Assembly: GCA_049999805.1 (NCBI GenBank)
Contig: JBNGIO010006298.1
Location: forward strand, 215,307 to 249,308
Direction of reading: 5' to 3'
Length of the DNA: 34,002 nucleotides
Source: Folioceros fuciformis
Lineage: Eukaryota
Every line of letters begins with the position of its first letter. Position 1 is the stretch's first letter. The position numbers were made by a program, and so were the translations under genes. Positions 1-11,249 of this stretch are shown in pieces. A model generated the notes under the pieces. It was not told the origin of the DNA. It did not search any database and saw nothing but the letters and a program-made list of their open reading frames with translations.

Positions 1-124
1 CTGCAACAATGGCACCAAGAATGGACATAAATCTCGGAACCCGTAATTCAAAACAGAAGCCCCTAAATTCGCGGTCAGCCTTGCTTGCAATCGTGATGCA
101 ATCACAGTCTTTGAATCAACCTAC

Positions 125-1506
125 TTCTGCAGCTTGAGCTCCCTTGCCCTGAGAATCTTCTGGGTGACGTCCGAGTCGTAGGGAAGGTCCAGCCCGAGCT
201 TCCTGGCGTCCTCCAACATTCCGGGAAACACAATTTCAAACCCGATGAGCATATGCTGCTCATTCTCGTCAGCAATCCTGTGGACGTTCTGGCGGATGAA
301 CTCACATCCTGCCAAAATTCAATCTAAATTCAATCTTCTACAGGGTGAGAAGAGTGGAAACAAATGTTGAACACATCACCACCACCCGAGGCCAGGCTCG
401 AGCATCCTACCCCTCTTGACGTTGCTTTCTCCAATGCCCCAGGTCTGAAGCGCCACTACACAGGCAAGCGTGTTCAAAACACGGTCGTACGCACAGAAGA
501 TATCCGTCTCTCCCCAAGAGCCGTCGCTCAGCTGGTGCGCCTTAATCCAATCGATGCACTTTGGAAATTGCGGCCTTGGAGACCCGTCCAAGGCCGGCAC
601 CATTCCCACCCAAGCCGTGTCGTAGGGGCTGAGGGAGATGGCGCCATTCCCAAGGTTCCTTAACATCCCCCGAATTGTGGCAATAGATTCCGATACAAAC
701 TCCGGCGCAGGTGGAAGCGACGTGAGATTCGCAAGCGCTTCCGTCCATAGGTCCGGAGCGTGCCAGTTCACACCTAGACCAGCTGCAGAATGCGCATCCG
801 ACGACTCATCCACAAGATCTAAAGGGGAAGCGGCTGCAACAAAGTCCAATCAAGGTCAGCTCGTACAGGGTGACGTCGGCCCATGCAAGGCAAACCGAAA
901 AAACAAACTTGCGCCTCACAGCCGCACCAATGGCGCTCACCTGGAGGCGAGGCCTGGGCCTTAAGGCGGTTGGACACGGAGCTGTCGCCTGAGCGAGCCA
1001 CAAACAAGCGTCACGCTGTGTGAGCGAACCAAAAATCCTCTTCATCCGAAAAAGGCAACACGCGGCAAGCCGCCGGCATGAACCAGCAGCCATCTTCCCG
1101 CCATTTTCTTTAAACAAATGGAAGCTCCACCCTTACCAGCGCCATTGCTCTGCGGCGCCTTCCTCCGGTTCGTCACCGAGTTGTCACCTTCACAAAAGCA
1201 GCCCGAGGTGAGATACGCAGACACTTTCCGATCCAAGCATCGCTGCCGGGCCCGAAATTTCCGCTCCCTTCCATCACAAAAGCAGGGACCAGAAGGCTTC
1301 AAGCAAGCGAGCAGCACGCGGCAAGCATCAATCCACCTACCTGTGAGCTCAGCCGCGATCCTGGCCACCTGCAGGCTGGTGGCGGACTGGTTGATTCTGG
1401 TGGCTCCGAGTCGGATTGCGCCAGCCTCCTGGTGCGCGCGGGCTGCGCTTGGCTTGTCCGCAGGCACACAAGGGAGGAGCTGCAGCCCCCAGTGGTGCAC
1501 TGCCAT
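125..1506 (-). CDS. Diterpene synthase (CPS or CPS/KS-like), 5' part; the gene continues beyond the window start
   Basis: Motifs SPYDTAWV, PQFP, QLSDGSWG, YDRVLNTLACVVAL and IGFEIVFP. Inferred GT-AG exons with consistent phases: 1506-1341, 1187-1137, 988-941, 833-411, 308-125. The next acceptor (ttgcag) lies at positions 6-1. The DXDD/DDXXD motifs are outside the window, so the exact class is unresolved. Confidence 0.92.
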
Positions 1507-1796
1507 GGCTGGCGTGAGGTGAAGCCACGGGGGGGGCGGAGGAGGCGCGCGCGGCTGGACCTGTCGACCGCCGGGCGGGGTAACGGGCGGTGGAATTTAA
1601 GAGCGATCCTGGGAATCGTGGAGCCAGCGCCTGGGGCGAGGCCCGACCACAAGGCTCCACTCCACCGGCCTTGGACTGGCGTACGCGGTGTGAGCTCGCC
1701 GTGCTACGCATCTTCGTACGTGTTGTGCTTAACAGATGCCTTCCAAATTAGGACAATTCCTCTCGGTGGCTCTTCACTTTTATAACTCCCGTTTTA

Positions 1797-1838
1797 CATG
1801 CATACATATATATATATATACATACATACATATATACC
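1797..1838. repeat. (TA)n/(TACA)n microsatellite
   Basis: catacatatatatatatatacatacatacatatatac is seen directly. Confidence 0.9.
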
Positions 1839-2010
1839 ATGTATGAATATGTACAATGAGCTGACAAATACTGTCCAGACTTGAATGAGTGGGCACATAG
1901 CGATTACCAGGACCCCTTTCAGTCCACTCGTCTTTGATAATCTCATAATCTTATGGGCTGGAAAGGCTTTGTGTAATGTTAAACTAACAAGAATGGCTTT
2001 TTGCTCTTTC

Positions 2011-2129
2011 ACACATGTGCCATGAATGAACCTGTTGATTTCTTAGTGCAAGCAAGCCCACCAACATTACACACATGTGCCATAAATGAACCAGTTGATT
2101 TTTTAGTGCAAGCAAGCCCACCAACATTA
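2011..2129. repeat. 60-bp tandem duplication (2 copies)
   Basis: acacatgtgccat(g/a)aatgaacc...caagcaagcccaccaacatta starts at 2011 and at 2071. Confidence 0.92.
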
Positions 2130-2345
2130 TTGTGGTGGCAAGGCTAGTTCGCACACCAACTGTCCCTACCATAAACCACGAAATTAGGTTGACACATCTC
2201 TTATCCCAGCATATAAATACACCAGTGCATGGAATGCCTTGCTCCATTGGCCTTGCTCCATTGCTAGCTCATATCCCTTTGTCTTCATCTCATACCACCA
2301 TGACTCAATAGGTATCTTGCCTTGCAGTTTATCTGGTGATGCTTC

Positions 2346-2633
2346 TTGTTGTTCTTACTAGTTGAGCATCTTCTAGTTTGTAGCTAGCTTGGCTTGTTGT
2401 TCTTACTAATTGGGCGTCTTCTAGTTTGCAGCTAGCTTGGCTTATTGTTCTTACTAGTTGGGTGTCTGCTAGTTTGCAGTTAGCTTGGATTGTTGTTTTT
2501 ACTAGTTGGGCATCTTCTAGTTTATAGCTAGCTTGGCTTTTTGTTCTTACAAGTTGGATGTCTTCTAGTTTGCAGCTAGCTTGGCTTGTTGTTCTTACTA
2601 GTTGGGCATCTTCTAATTTGCAGCTAGCTTGGC
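2346..2633. repeat. 48-bp tandem repeat, 6 copies, followed by a 35-bp duplication to ~2683
   Basis: Consensus ttgttgttcttactagttgggcatcttctagtttgcagctagcttggc. Confidence 0.95.
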
Positions 2634-3150
2634 ACCTAGATCCACCTCTAATTTGCAGCTAGCTTGGCACCTAGATCCACCTCACATTTGGAACCAGAAT
2701 TCCACGCTTATGATCCCTAACAAGTGCGGATGAAGGCAAGGTGAAGGTCCAGCACACCATTAGACTGTTGGCTAGTTTGCCATCAACTACAAATCCAGAC
2801 TTGCACATATGCTGACACTATGTCAATCTGATGATTTGGCTACTTGTTTAATTGCATTGTAAAAGACTTATGATTTGGTTGGTTGCTTGATTGCATTGTA
2901 AAAGACTTATCTTGTCTTGTCAATTTCATGAGCTGAACATTTGTTAAGCAGCTAATTGGTGGCTAAGCACAGTTGCAAGTCCTTGAAAAAAGGTTGATGA
3001 CAAATCTCGATGATTTGTATAAACGATAACATAGCATACATACATACACTTTGGTATGTATGTATGTTATAAAGCATCACTTACACTGGATTGCTAGCTA
3101 GCGGGCTAGGGCATGGCTTCAATTTTTTAAGGTTGCGCAATGATGGAATT

Positions 3151-3179
3151 AACGACTCCTTAGATGCTAAGGAGTCGTT
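3151..3179. repeat. Perfect 13-bp inverted repeat with a 3-nt loop
   Basis: aacgactccttag-atg-ctaaggagtcgtt. Confidence 0.9.
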
Positions 3180-3510
3180 GACTACTCTGCCACCAAGTTG
3201 CAGCTAGTAAGAAGAACTATGTCCCGTGATACACTCCTTGTGCAACACTTGGTTCTTGGGATATGTACCTCCATGATAACTTGTCTTAACTTCTGCTCTT
3301 CTTATACCTAGAACAGCTTGGTGGTCCTTCACTCTAAGCTTGCATCCCCTCCCCATCTTGTTGATTCCTTAGCCCTCTCCTTGGTTGACTCCTTGCTACC
3401 TTGGTGCCTTTGGGAAGACTGCCAATTGCTACATGGCTCAACAAGTGAGTTTGCCCATATGCTCCTTTGAAATCTATAGCTTATCTTTTGGTTGGAGGAG
3501 ATGCTCCTGT

Positions 3511-3651
3511 CTTAGTTTTTGGGTGTTGGATTATCTGATTAGGTGATTGCTTTGCTTCTTAGTTTTTGGGTGTTGGATTATTTGATTAGGTGATTGCTTT
3601 GCTTCTTAGTTTTTAGGTGTTGGATTATCTGACTAGGTGATTGCTTTGCTG
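3511..3651. repeat. 47-bp tandem repeat, 3 copies
   Basis: cttagtttttgggtgttggattatctgattaggtgattgctttgctt starts at 3511, 3558 and 3605. Confidence 0.93.
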
Positions 3652-4102
3652 ACCACTGAGATATGTCCATTTGGAAATGTATTTGCAAATAACATGAACA
3701 TGTTAGGACTTGGTTTCTGGTTTTTGGTTTTCACTATTGCTCAGGTGCCATGGATCCTCCATTCTGGCCAGAAATTCATGTGAATGATGTCCCTTTTGGA
3801 GCTGATGAAGGGGGGATAAAGGGGCTGCCCCACTAGTAGCTCGCCCTAAGTGTGTACATAGCAAGCCACAATGTCCACTCGCTTGGTGTGATTGGGACAT
3901 TCCTGCAAATTGTTCTAAAGTGATGCATTGATTCGTATATTGCTGATAACTTGATGATGTGCATTGATTCGTGTATTGCTGATAACTTGATGATGAGCAA
4001 GAAAATTGACAGTACTATGATAAGATCTCTGGGCTGAATTTTCAATATTGGGTCAAGCCCATGTTTGAAACTCCATGAGTGTGTGTTTGTAGGTTTATGA
4101 GT

Positions 4103-4114
4103 GCTCTGATACTA
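4103..4114 (-). other. tRNA-iMet primer-binding site (one mismatch)
   Basis: Plus strand gctctgatacta versus gctctgatacca, the reverse complement of TGGTATCAGAGC. The mismatch is a C>T change. Confidence 0.65.
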
Positions 4115-4249
4115 GCACTCTACGTGATCCAAGGTCTCCCTCTCACCTCATACATAAGCCAAGGTTAATGAGTGTGTGAGTCCTCAAAAGAGGCAATTGG
4201 CAAGCCATGATGGCTTGTATATATACACATACATATATATGTACCAACA

Positions 4250-6600
4250 CTTAATGTAATTAAAAAATCCCTGGTACCCATCACCGAATGCGTGCATAAT
4301 TTCCTAGGTGGGGAGGCCCACAACTTTCAGTTACTCTAGTGTTTGTCTTTCCTATCCCACATAGGAGAAGGGATTTAAACAACTCTTTTACTCGATTGTT
4401 TGTCTTTCCTATCCCACATAGGAGAAGAGATTTAAACAACTCATTCAGTTGGATTAGCCTATATGGCTGTCAATTTCAAAAATCATCTATTAAGGACAAG
4501 GTGTTATGGTCTATGTCAACGAGAAAAGGCCTATTCACAAGTATTGCCAATGATGAGGCTCTTCTCCTAAGCTCATTGCCCTAAAATGTGATAGTCTTAG
4601 TACACAAACAAGGATGTAATAGTATGAGATGAGAAAAGGCCTATCTACAATTGCTACCAATGACATAAGTCTCATGCGGTCGATGTGTGTTGTCATGTCC
4701 TTAAATTGCATTGGCCAGCACTTTGTGCAAAGCAATGGAAGTTCCTAGACGAAACCTAACATAGAACTCCACACTACAAAATGAGGAGACCAAGATACCA
4801 ACCTCATTACAACTGCTATGTTTGGCCTTTAAACCCATGCCTAATGTAGAATGTCTCTAAAGCACCCATGATGTAGGAACTAAGACCCCGAACATGAAGC
4901 ACTAGAGATGGAGGAATGCAAACTTAGCATACAGAGATTGATTGACAAGGGGATTCTTGGTTTGAGCCTTATAAGAGCATATGCACTAAAAAAATTAAGG
5001 AAATAGCCAAGAAATTCCTAGCCTAGCCTCACTTGCATGCTCCGAGGTCTAATCTAAATTAGAGCAGGGAGCAGGTATCTAGTGAGATATTCCTAGAACA
5101 AGGTCAACTGATCCATTATCAGATCGAGGATCCAATGAGCTCGTTCCATACCTAGCAAGGATTAGACAAAGCCTGACCTTCCTCTTGAGAAGTGGAGGGA
5201 AATTAGCCTTGAAGTCGGCCCATACGCTAGTGGATTGATTGCAACCTGGAACCCATTTGTCAACAGCTCTTGCATGATTTGCATCTCAAACCCATTTGTT
5301 AGTAGGTCTAAGCATGAGTTGCATCTCGAAAGACGTAACCTTAGAGGTACCACAATTATTAGAGGGGTTGAATAGCATGTTTATGACGACTTGAGTGAGA
5401 GAGAGGTTGTGGTGCACATGAAGTAGCAACAAAAGTACATGAAGTAGGAAAATTTGACCAAGAATCATTGCTTCCTACAACTTTGCAAGGATCTCGTTTA
5501 TTAAAATGACTAAGTGGGGAAGGACGTTATAACCTTAGCCCAACCCTAGTCCCAAATCAGATCCATAGCCTCTTAAGACTCCATGACACAAAGCGTTAGT
5601 GATTTAAGAAACCGAATAGATATGCAAAGCATTAGTGAACTAGGAACCTGAAAAGATGACCAAATAGGGTTACCCACCCATGGGATCATGAGATTTTGTT
5701 CCCACGATGGCAACAAGACATAGCAAATCAAGTAGAAATAATAAATAAGTAGGAAATAGGTTAACTAAGAAAAAGTGAGTGTTGACAAGTGCAGGCCACT
5801 TCTTTGTCACCAGTGCTTGTAGGTAGGCCTTTTATTATTCCACATTATGATATTTTAGGAGTAGTAGGTAGTCAACAAGTTAGTACTCGTTTGGCCTGGC
5901 TTGAGAAAATTTAATAAAATAACCAGTCCACTTTGAGTTTTTAACTACCAAAATTGATAAAATGCGATGGCCAAGTCCTTCCGACGCTCATGGCATGCTC
6001 CTCATGGGTCCCTTGCGGAAAATGACTGGGATAGCTCCAAAAATAAGAAAATGTTCTTGAGTGGATGGGACGTCCCATAAAGGAACTTATTGTAACAAAA
6101 CTCCTCGGTAGAGGGTCGCACGATGGCGATTCTCTGCTTTTTCGTGAGGCTGAGACGCGTACGCTAGCCATATCCTACTTCTAGTGACTGCACAAGTGTC
6201 GAGGGGTGCACTGTCCATTCCCCTTGTCTTATGTTGGCTACCTAGTGCTGCGATGTGTCAGGAAGTAGGAACTTCTTCATCCTAACGGAAGGGCTAAACC
6301 GGCTGACAACAAGGCTTTGTGTGACTGAATGAACTAGCCCCGTTAACATGGCTCTTCGTGGGGAGATTACCGATCCCGTCTGTGCTCTTAGACAGAAAGA
6401 AACAAATTTCCACAAGCCTAAGGTAAAGGTGCTTTCCGCGAAGGCCGGTCTTGGAAAGGTGGAAACAAACGAGACTGCGCATACAGAAAGAACACCTCAC
6501 AGGGTCAAGGCTTCATAAGCCGGAATTGGAAGAACAACTGTTACCTAGGACGGCAGGGGGCGTGTTGACTCTCGTCGTTGGCACTTTGCGAGCTAGATTC
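4250..6600. mobile_element. Probable degenerate transposon-derived intergenic DNA
   Basis: CpG-poor and CTAG-rich to ~5900, with local duplications (4340-4443, 5250-5330). No recognisable gene; family not identifiable. Confidence 0.35.
4340..4443. repeat. 57-bp tandem duplication
   Basis: tgtttgtctttcctatcccacataggagaag(g/a)gatttaaacaactc starts at 4340 and at 4397. Confidence 0.9.
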
Positions 6601-7259
6601 GATGCATGGTGAAGTATCGTTTATTGGAAAGCTCTAGACTTGCCAGTTGAGCCGCCTCAAGATCTGGGACTTGGTAATACATGGAACACTGTCACGAGGT
6701 CTCAGATGGAGGGTGTCCAAGGCGAAACGTCTGTACGGCTTGCATGCCGTGCCGTTGGAAACAAGTTTAGAACCTTGGAATCAGTTCAGCTCAACACGAA
6801 TCAGAGAACCTGTGAGAGGGCCCCACAAACTTCTCCCACCAAAATGTTCACTGGTGCTTCAGTTCAAGGCTAATCAAATCCTTCCGACACAAGCCAACAC
6901 CAGCCACCCTGGGAGCCATAGACATACGATGCTACAATCCTGCCCAGATCAGGCTCTCAATCCGGGATCAATAAACCTTAACTATTTACATCGTTGATAC
7001 TCCAAACTCATTTTACATATTTTCACATCTGGCCTGCATAGGTGACAAATCCTTCGATGGTGCCACCCTTCCTCTGGCAAGACAAAGGAATATTCCATGT
7101 TTGCAACTCCCAGTCAGCGCATACATGACAAGAGGGTTGGAATGAATCATATGGCAGTGTCAGAAACTGTTGGGACCCTGAATGTGCCATCAACACCCAT
7201 GAGCGAGACTTTCCACATAATATCTGTACATGCAAGGGAGGGAATTCTCCCTCCAATTT

Positions 7260-9577
7260 TCACAGCTGTGGTGCGGATAGGGTAGTGGCCAAGGAGGCTC
7301 CACTTTGCCTCAAGAGAAGCTCCTTCATCTCTTTGTAGCCCTTCAACTCCTCCAACGCGTCAGCTGTTGTTTTTAACACACGAGAACCACTCTGCTCCCT
7401 CGGCTCCTGAGACCCAATGTTGCTAGAGGGAACCATCGGTCCGCGTGCGCCTGCATCATCCATCCTAAAATCTCCAGACTGAGCACCCCCTCCGAGACCA
7501 GGACCAGGTAAAGAATCACCCCAAAAGTCAGGTCTACCTGACGCCTCTGCAAAACTCCCTGCGCCAAATTTTCTGCAGGGTGTCTCTGACGGAAGCCCGT
7601 AGGTATAAGTTGAAGGCCTTAACGGTGGAGCAGCCTTCAACATCTTCACCAGAGCACCCACTGCAGCGTCTTGAGACCTTTGATACGAGCCCACACTATG
7701 TTCAAAAGCTGGGGCAGCTTTTTCCTTGACCCCTGGACTGTTCAACCTGTGACACGAGGCAACCACAGGTGAGGTTGAGACCACAAACTCCACTCCCGAA
7801 CCAGTAAGGTTTTATAATGCAAACAAATGGCTGCACAGTCGAAGGAGACAGAAGCAAGGGGAAAAAGATGCAACTTTCGGGAATTCAAAACTGCAGACCT
7901 GCTGCCATATCCGTCAACATCATCATCGTCAACAGCGAAAGGGCAGAGCTCCTCGTCGTCGTCCTCCAGTTCACCCTGCCTCCCAGACTTCAACGCAGGC
8001 TTGGTGAAGGTGAGACTATCCTGACCTGCCAGAGATGTTATGAAGAGCCTAGCTGCAATCTTCACCTCAGATGGGGAATGCAAGTTGGGTACGTTGTCAG
8101 ACAGTGGCCTGGAATTGAAGGACAGCGCCCGAGTCAGCGGCTCCCTGCTCTTGGGAGACTGGGGAGGAAGAGAACTCCTGCTGTGTGCGTCTATCGCAGG
8201 TGGTCGCCCCCTGGGACTGCGTGCCGAAGGTCTCGGGATGCTCACAGGTGCACTACAGTATCTATGATCCTGTGGCATAGAGGGGTTGGGAGGAGAAGGA
8301 GACGGCGAGGGAGAAATCCTAGGAGAGCACTGCCGCTGGATGACAGGAATAGGTTGAGAAGTGTGGTGCAGGGAAGAGGGTTGGGAAGGATGCTGCCGCC
8401 CATACATGGGATGAGAAGGGGAACTCCGCGGGGGAGTCCCATGCCCTAAAGGGTAGGAAATTGGGCGAGGAGACTGCGGGTGTGGAGGAGAGGGAGAAAA
8501 GTCAGACGGATGCACAGGAGATGGAGAGACACTCCCCCTCCGCAAAGTAGGAGAGGGCAGTGCGGAGCCCGGTGCCCTGTTCGGCCCTCCGCTCCAGCTG
8601 TGCCTGCGATCCAGATTAGGCCCAGACGGCGAGCTGGGCAGAGACACAGCAGGGAATGCGCCTCCTCTCTTACCCGCACCCCCGCTGCTGGGCAGCGAGC
8701 CAACGTGCGGCGAACTGGAGAGCCGGCGCAACTCCGTCAGCGGGCTCCCCACATAATCTGATATGATCCTGGGCACGATAGACGGGGTCACCTCGCTGAC
8801 CGACGTCGGCCTGTACACCACAGACAGGCTGAGCCGGCCGTCCGAAGTCTCAACAGGGTTGAAATTGTGAGGCGTCATGGTGGCCTCGTCATGATCCGCG
8901 AGGTCGGGGGTCCCCCCCGCTACCCGGAACGCCAGCGTGAAGCTCCGGCTGAGAGACGAATTCTTAGCAATCCGGAATAGGCGATAGGCCGGCAAACTCC
9001 TCACCGTGCAGTAGAGCTCGCGCAGCATGCTGACAGTCCGCTTGTAAACCAGCGACACCGGCGCCGTGGGGTTCCCAAACCCCTGCCCCCCGGCCCTCGC
9101 CCCCGTGCGGGTATACGCGGACGAGGAACTGCTCTTGCCGCTGCCACCCCACGCCTCCTCCTTCCCGACCAGCTCCGTCCCCCGCTTCCTGGAATCAGCC
9201 CTGTCGAACTTCACGACCCAGCGCTCCAGCAATGTGTCCCTGTCCCTGGCCCCTTCCAAGCTCCAACTGTTGCTGCTGCTCCTGCCCTGGTGCACATGCA
9301 CGTCCACCACCATGGGGACGCCCAGGCTGAAGCCGCTCTGTCTCCAGGGCTCGGCGGCTGCGGCGGCCACGACGCACGTGTCCATAACCAGGTTGAACCA
9401 TGTGTTGGTGCCACACCTGGAAGAAGTCCCGGACCAGGAGGAGTCGGTGGGGTGCAGATTCCTGGCATATAAGTCTGGGATGCGAGACTCCAAGATGATG
9501 TGTAGGCTTTTGGCGAAGAACTCACCCACGATCTGCTCCACTTTCCCCTGCTGCTGCTGCGAGGAGAGAGACGCCAT
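7260..9577 (-). CDS. ATG13: Autophagy-related protein 13 (N-terminal HORMA domain, long Ser/Pro-rich region), ~721 aa
   Basis: Motifs EQIVGEFFAKSLHIILESRIP, WFNL, LLERWVV, LPAYRLFR, IISDYVGSP, CPFAVDD, SQDAAVGALVKMLKAAPPLR and KTTADALEELKGYKEMKELLL match plant ATG13. Exons 9577-7899 and 7746-7260, with a phase-2 GT-AG intron. Confidence 0.95.
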
Positions 9578-9672
9578 GCCTGGACTATCTGGCTCGCGTT
9601 TCAGTCCAGAGCTCGGGATCCCATCACAACTCGGACTCCACTACAAGAAGGCGCCAAGGGGAACGCTTAACA

Positions 9673-9774
9673 TTCTCCCCGCCTACAGTGGAGGCATGCG
9701 ACGAAACCCTTCTCCCTGCCTACAGTGGGGGCATGCGATATAACCCTTCTCCTGCCGACAGTGGGGGCATGCGA
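9673..9774. repeat. 36-37-bp tandem repeat, 3 copies, upstream of ATG13
   Basis: ttctccc(t)gcc(t/g)acagtgg(g/a)ggcatgcga starts at 9673, 9710 and 9747. Confidence 0.9.
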
Positions 9775-11249
9775 CATGCAATTTTTGCTGGCTTCTCCAT
9801 CCCGCCTCTTCTGTCCCGGCGCATATGGCTTACATCCTAAACCTTTCTAAAATGGTAGCTGCCACACCATAAAACCGACCCGACAAACAAGTTAACAAAA
9901 GGGCAGATGCCACATCATACACACGGCCCACAAACTAAGTTAACAAAAGCGCAGCTGCCACACCATAGAAATGGAAGTCGACTTCAAGGGAAAGGGAAAA
10001 GAGAGCGGGAGTTTCCATCGCGGCCACCATCAGACCGAACTTTTCAAGAAGCCCCAACAAAAAGTCGAGAATCAAGTCAACAGAATCGACACCTACCAAC
10101 ACCAGCAAAAATTCACTCAGAATTACCCAACAACACTTATAAAATCACTAAAAAGTTACCTACCAACACTAAGACAAAAGCCAGTAAGAAAATACGTACT
10201 CAAATACATCACCACGGACAACTCCTTATAACGACACAACACCACGACACACAGCAACTAGACTACAGACCCTCGACAGGTTCCTACACTTGCAACGAAT
10301 TCTGTGCTGGAGAGATCAGATACCACCATGACCAAAGCACACCGACGCAACCACATGAGTACACCAACGAACCTCAAAAGCCGGAATTAGGGCTTTTCCG
10401 AACCCCTGTAAACACATGTAAAATGACAGCAAGGGCCTACGCCATTTCCTCAGGAACACTACCCTCGTAGTATGCCAAATACCGTGCATCCGGACGCCAG
10501 ACGTGAGAAACTGTGATAGGAGGGCTTCCTGGGGCCCCAACGATATGATAGTTGGTGCAGGAGGAACAAAGCAAAGATAAATCACACCTGCCAATCCAGC
10601 TACCAGAGCAACAAGCAACGCCGACCCCTGGGAGAAGAGAGAGTCATCCTGCCATCACAAGCAGCAAACAAACACGAAATCAGAGAATCTGTGAGTGAAG
10701 CAGTTCACAAGGAACAGATCCTTCCGATTCAGGTGACTCCTAAAACAGTGGACTTAATGGAGAGATAACACCTTCCTTCCGTCTTTGACAACTCAAGCAA
10801 GGACCCGATACCAAGAACCTGACACCTTGCCCGGCAGCTTACAGACGGAGACATGTCCTTGAAGAGCTGACCTTCTTTGCCTTTCTTCGGTCTTCGATCC
10901 CTTCCCTCAGCTAGGAGCCCGTGCGGAGGCCGCAAAGATGCGCTTCTTTTCAGAAACGGCTCACGGAAAATTCCAAGCGTAAAGCGTTAGACGAGAGACA
11001 CAAAACAGTGGCTGATTGTCTCATTGATGGCGCTCCAGCTGCAGGCCTTGTGTAAGCGCCGTAGACCTCAACTCGTCCTGCTTCCATGCGGCAGATGACC
11101 CCCGACCTACGCAATCCGAGGCCCGCCGTCCTGTGGAGCTACACCCTACACCCTAACAGCCCTCCATTTAATGGAGAGAAAATAGGGTGACTTGGAGTTG
11201 GGCACAGTAGCGGGAGATCTGGAGTTCGAATCCGGGCATGAGCTTTTAA

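Larger units (their letters stand above)
1797..4245 (-). mobile_element. Decayed retroelement or endogenous pararetrovirus-like segment
   Basis: Minus-strand PBS at 4103-4114, followed by a stop-riddled frame from ATG 4076. Several internal tandem repeats, CpG depletion and CTAG excess. TA-rich tracts at both ends (1797-1838 and 4217-4245). No RT or integrase recognised. Confidence 0.55.

Noticed and set aside
2752..2815. PPR-like peptide HMCKSGFVVDGKLANSLM on the minus strand
   Set aside because: It is a single partial motif with no neighbouring repeats, and it overlaps a better-supported alternative frame.
6541..6585. Polypurine tract plus LTR start (agggggcg|tgttg), and a 12-nt match to 31904
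   Set aside because: No matching second LTR or extended homology could be confirmed.
7998..8066. Extra intron in ATG13 (gtgaag...ggcag)
   Set aside because: It is only 40 nt and would shift the frame; the ORF reads through to the conserved CPFAVDD.
7817..9743. Long plus-strand ORFs (210 aa and 225 aa), and similar ones opposite PsaL at 28833-29778
   Set aside because: These are antisense shadows of GC-rich coding exons with no family motifs.
9907..10470. 187-aa plus-strand ORF
   Set aside because: Its K/T/Q/H bias reflects the complement of a T/G-rich tract, most likely the ATG13 leader intron.
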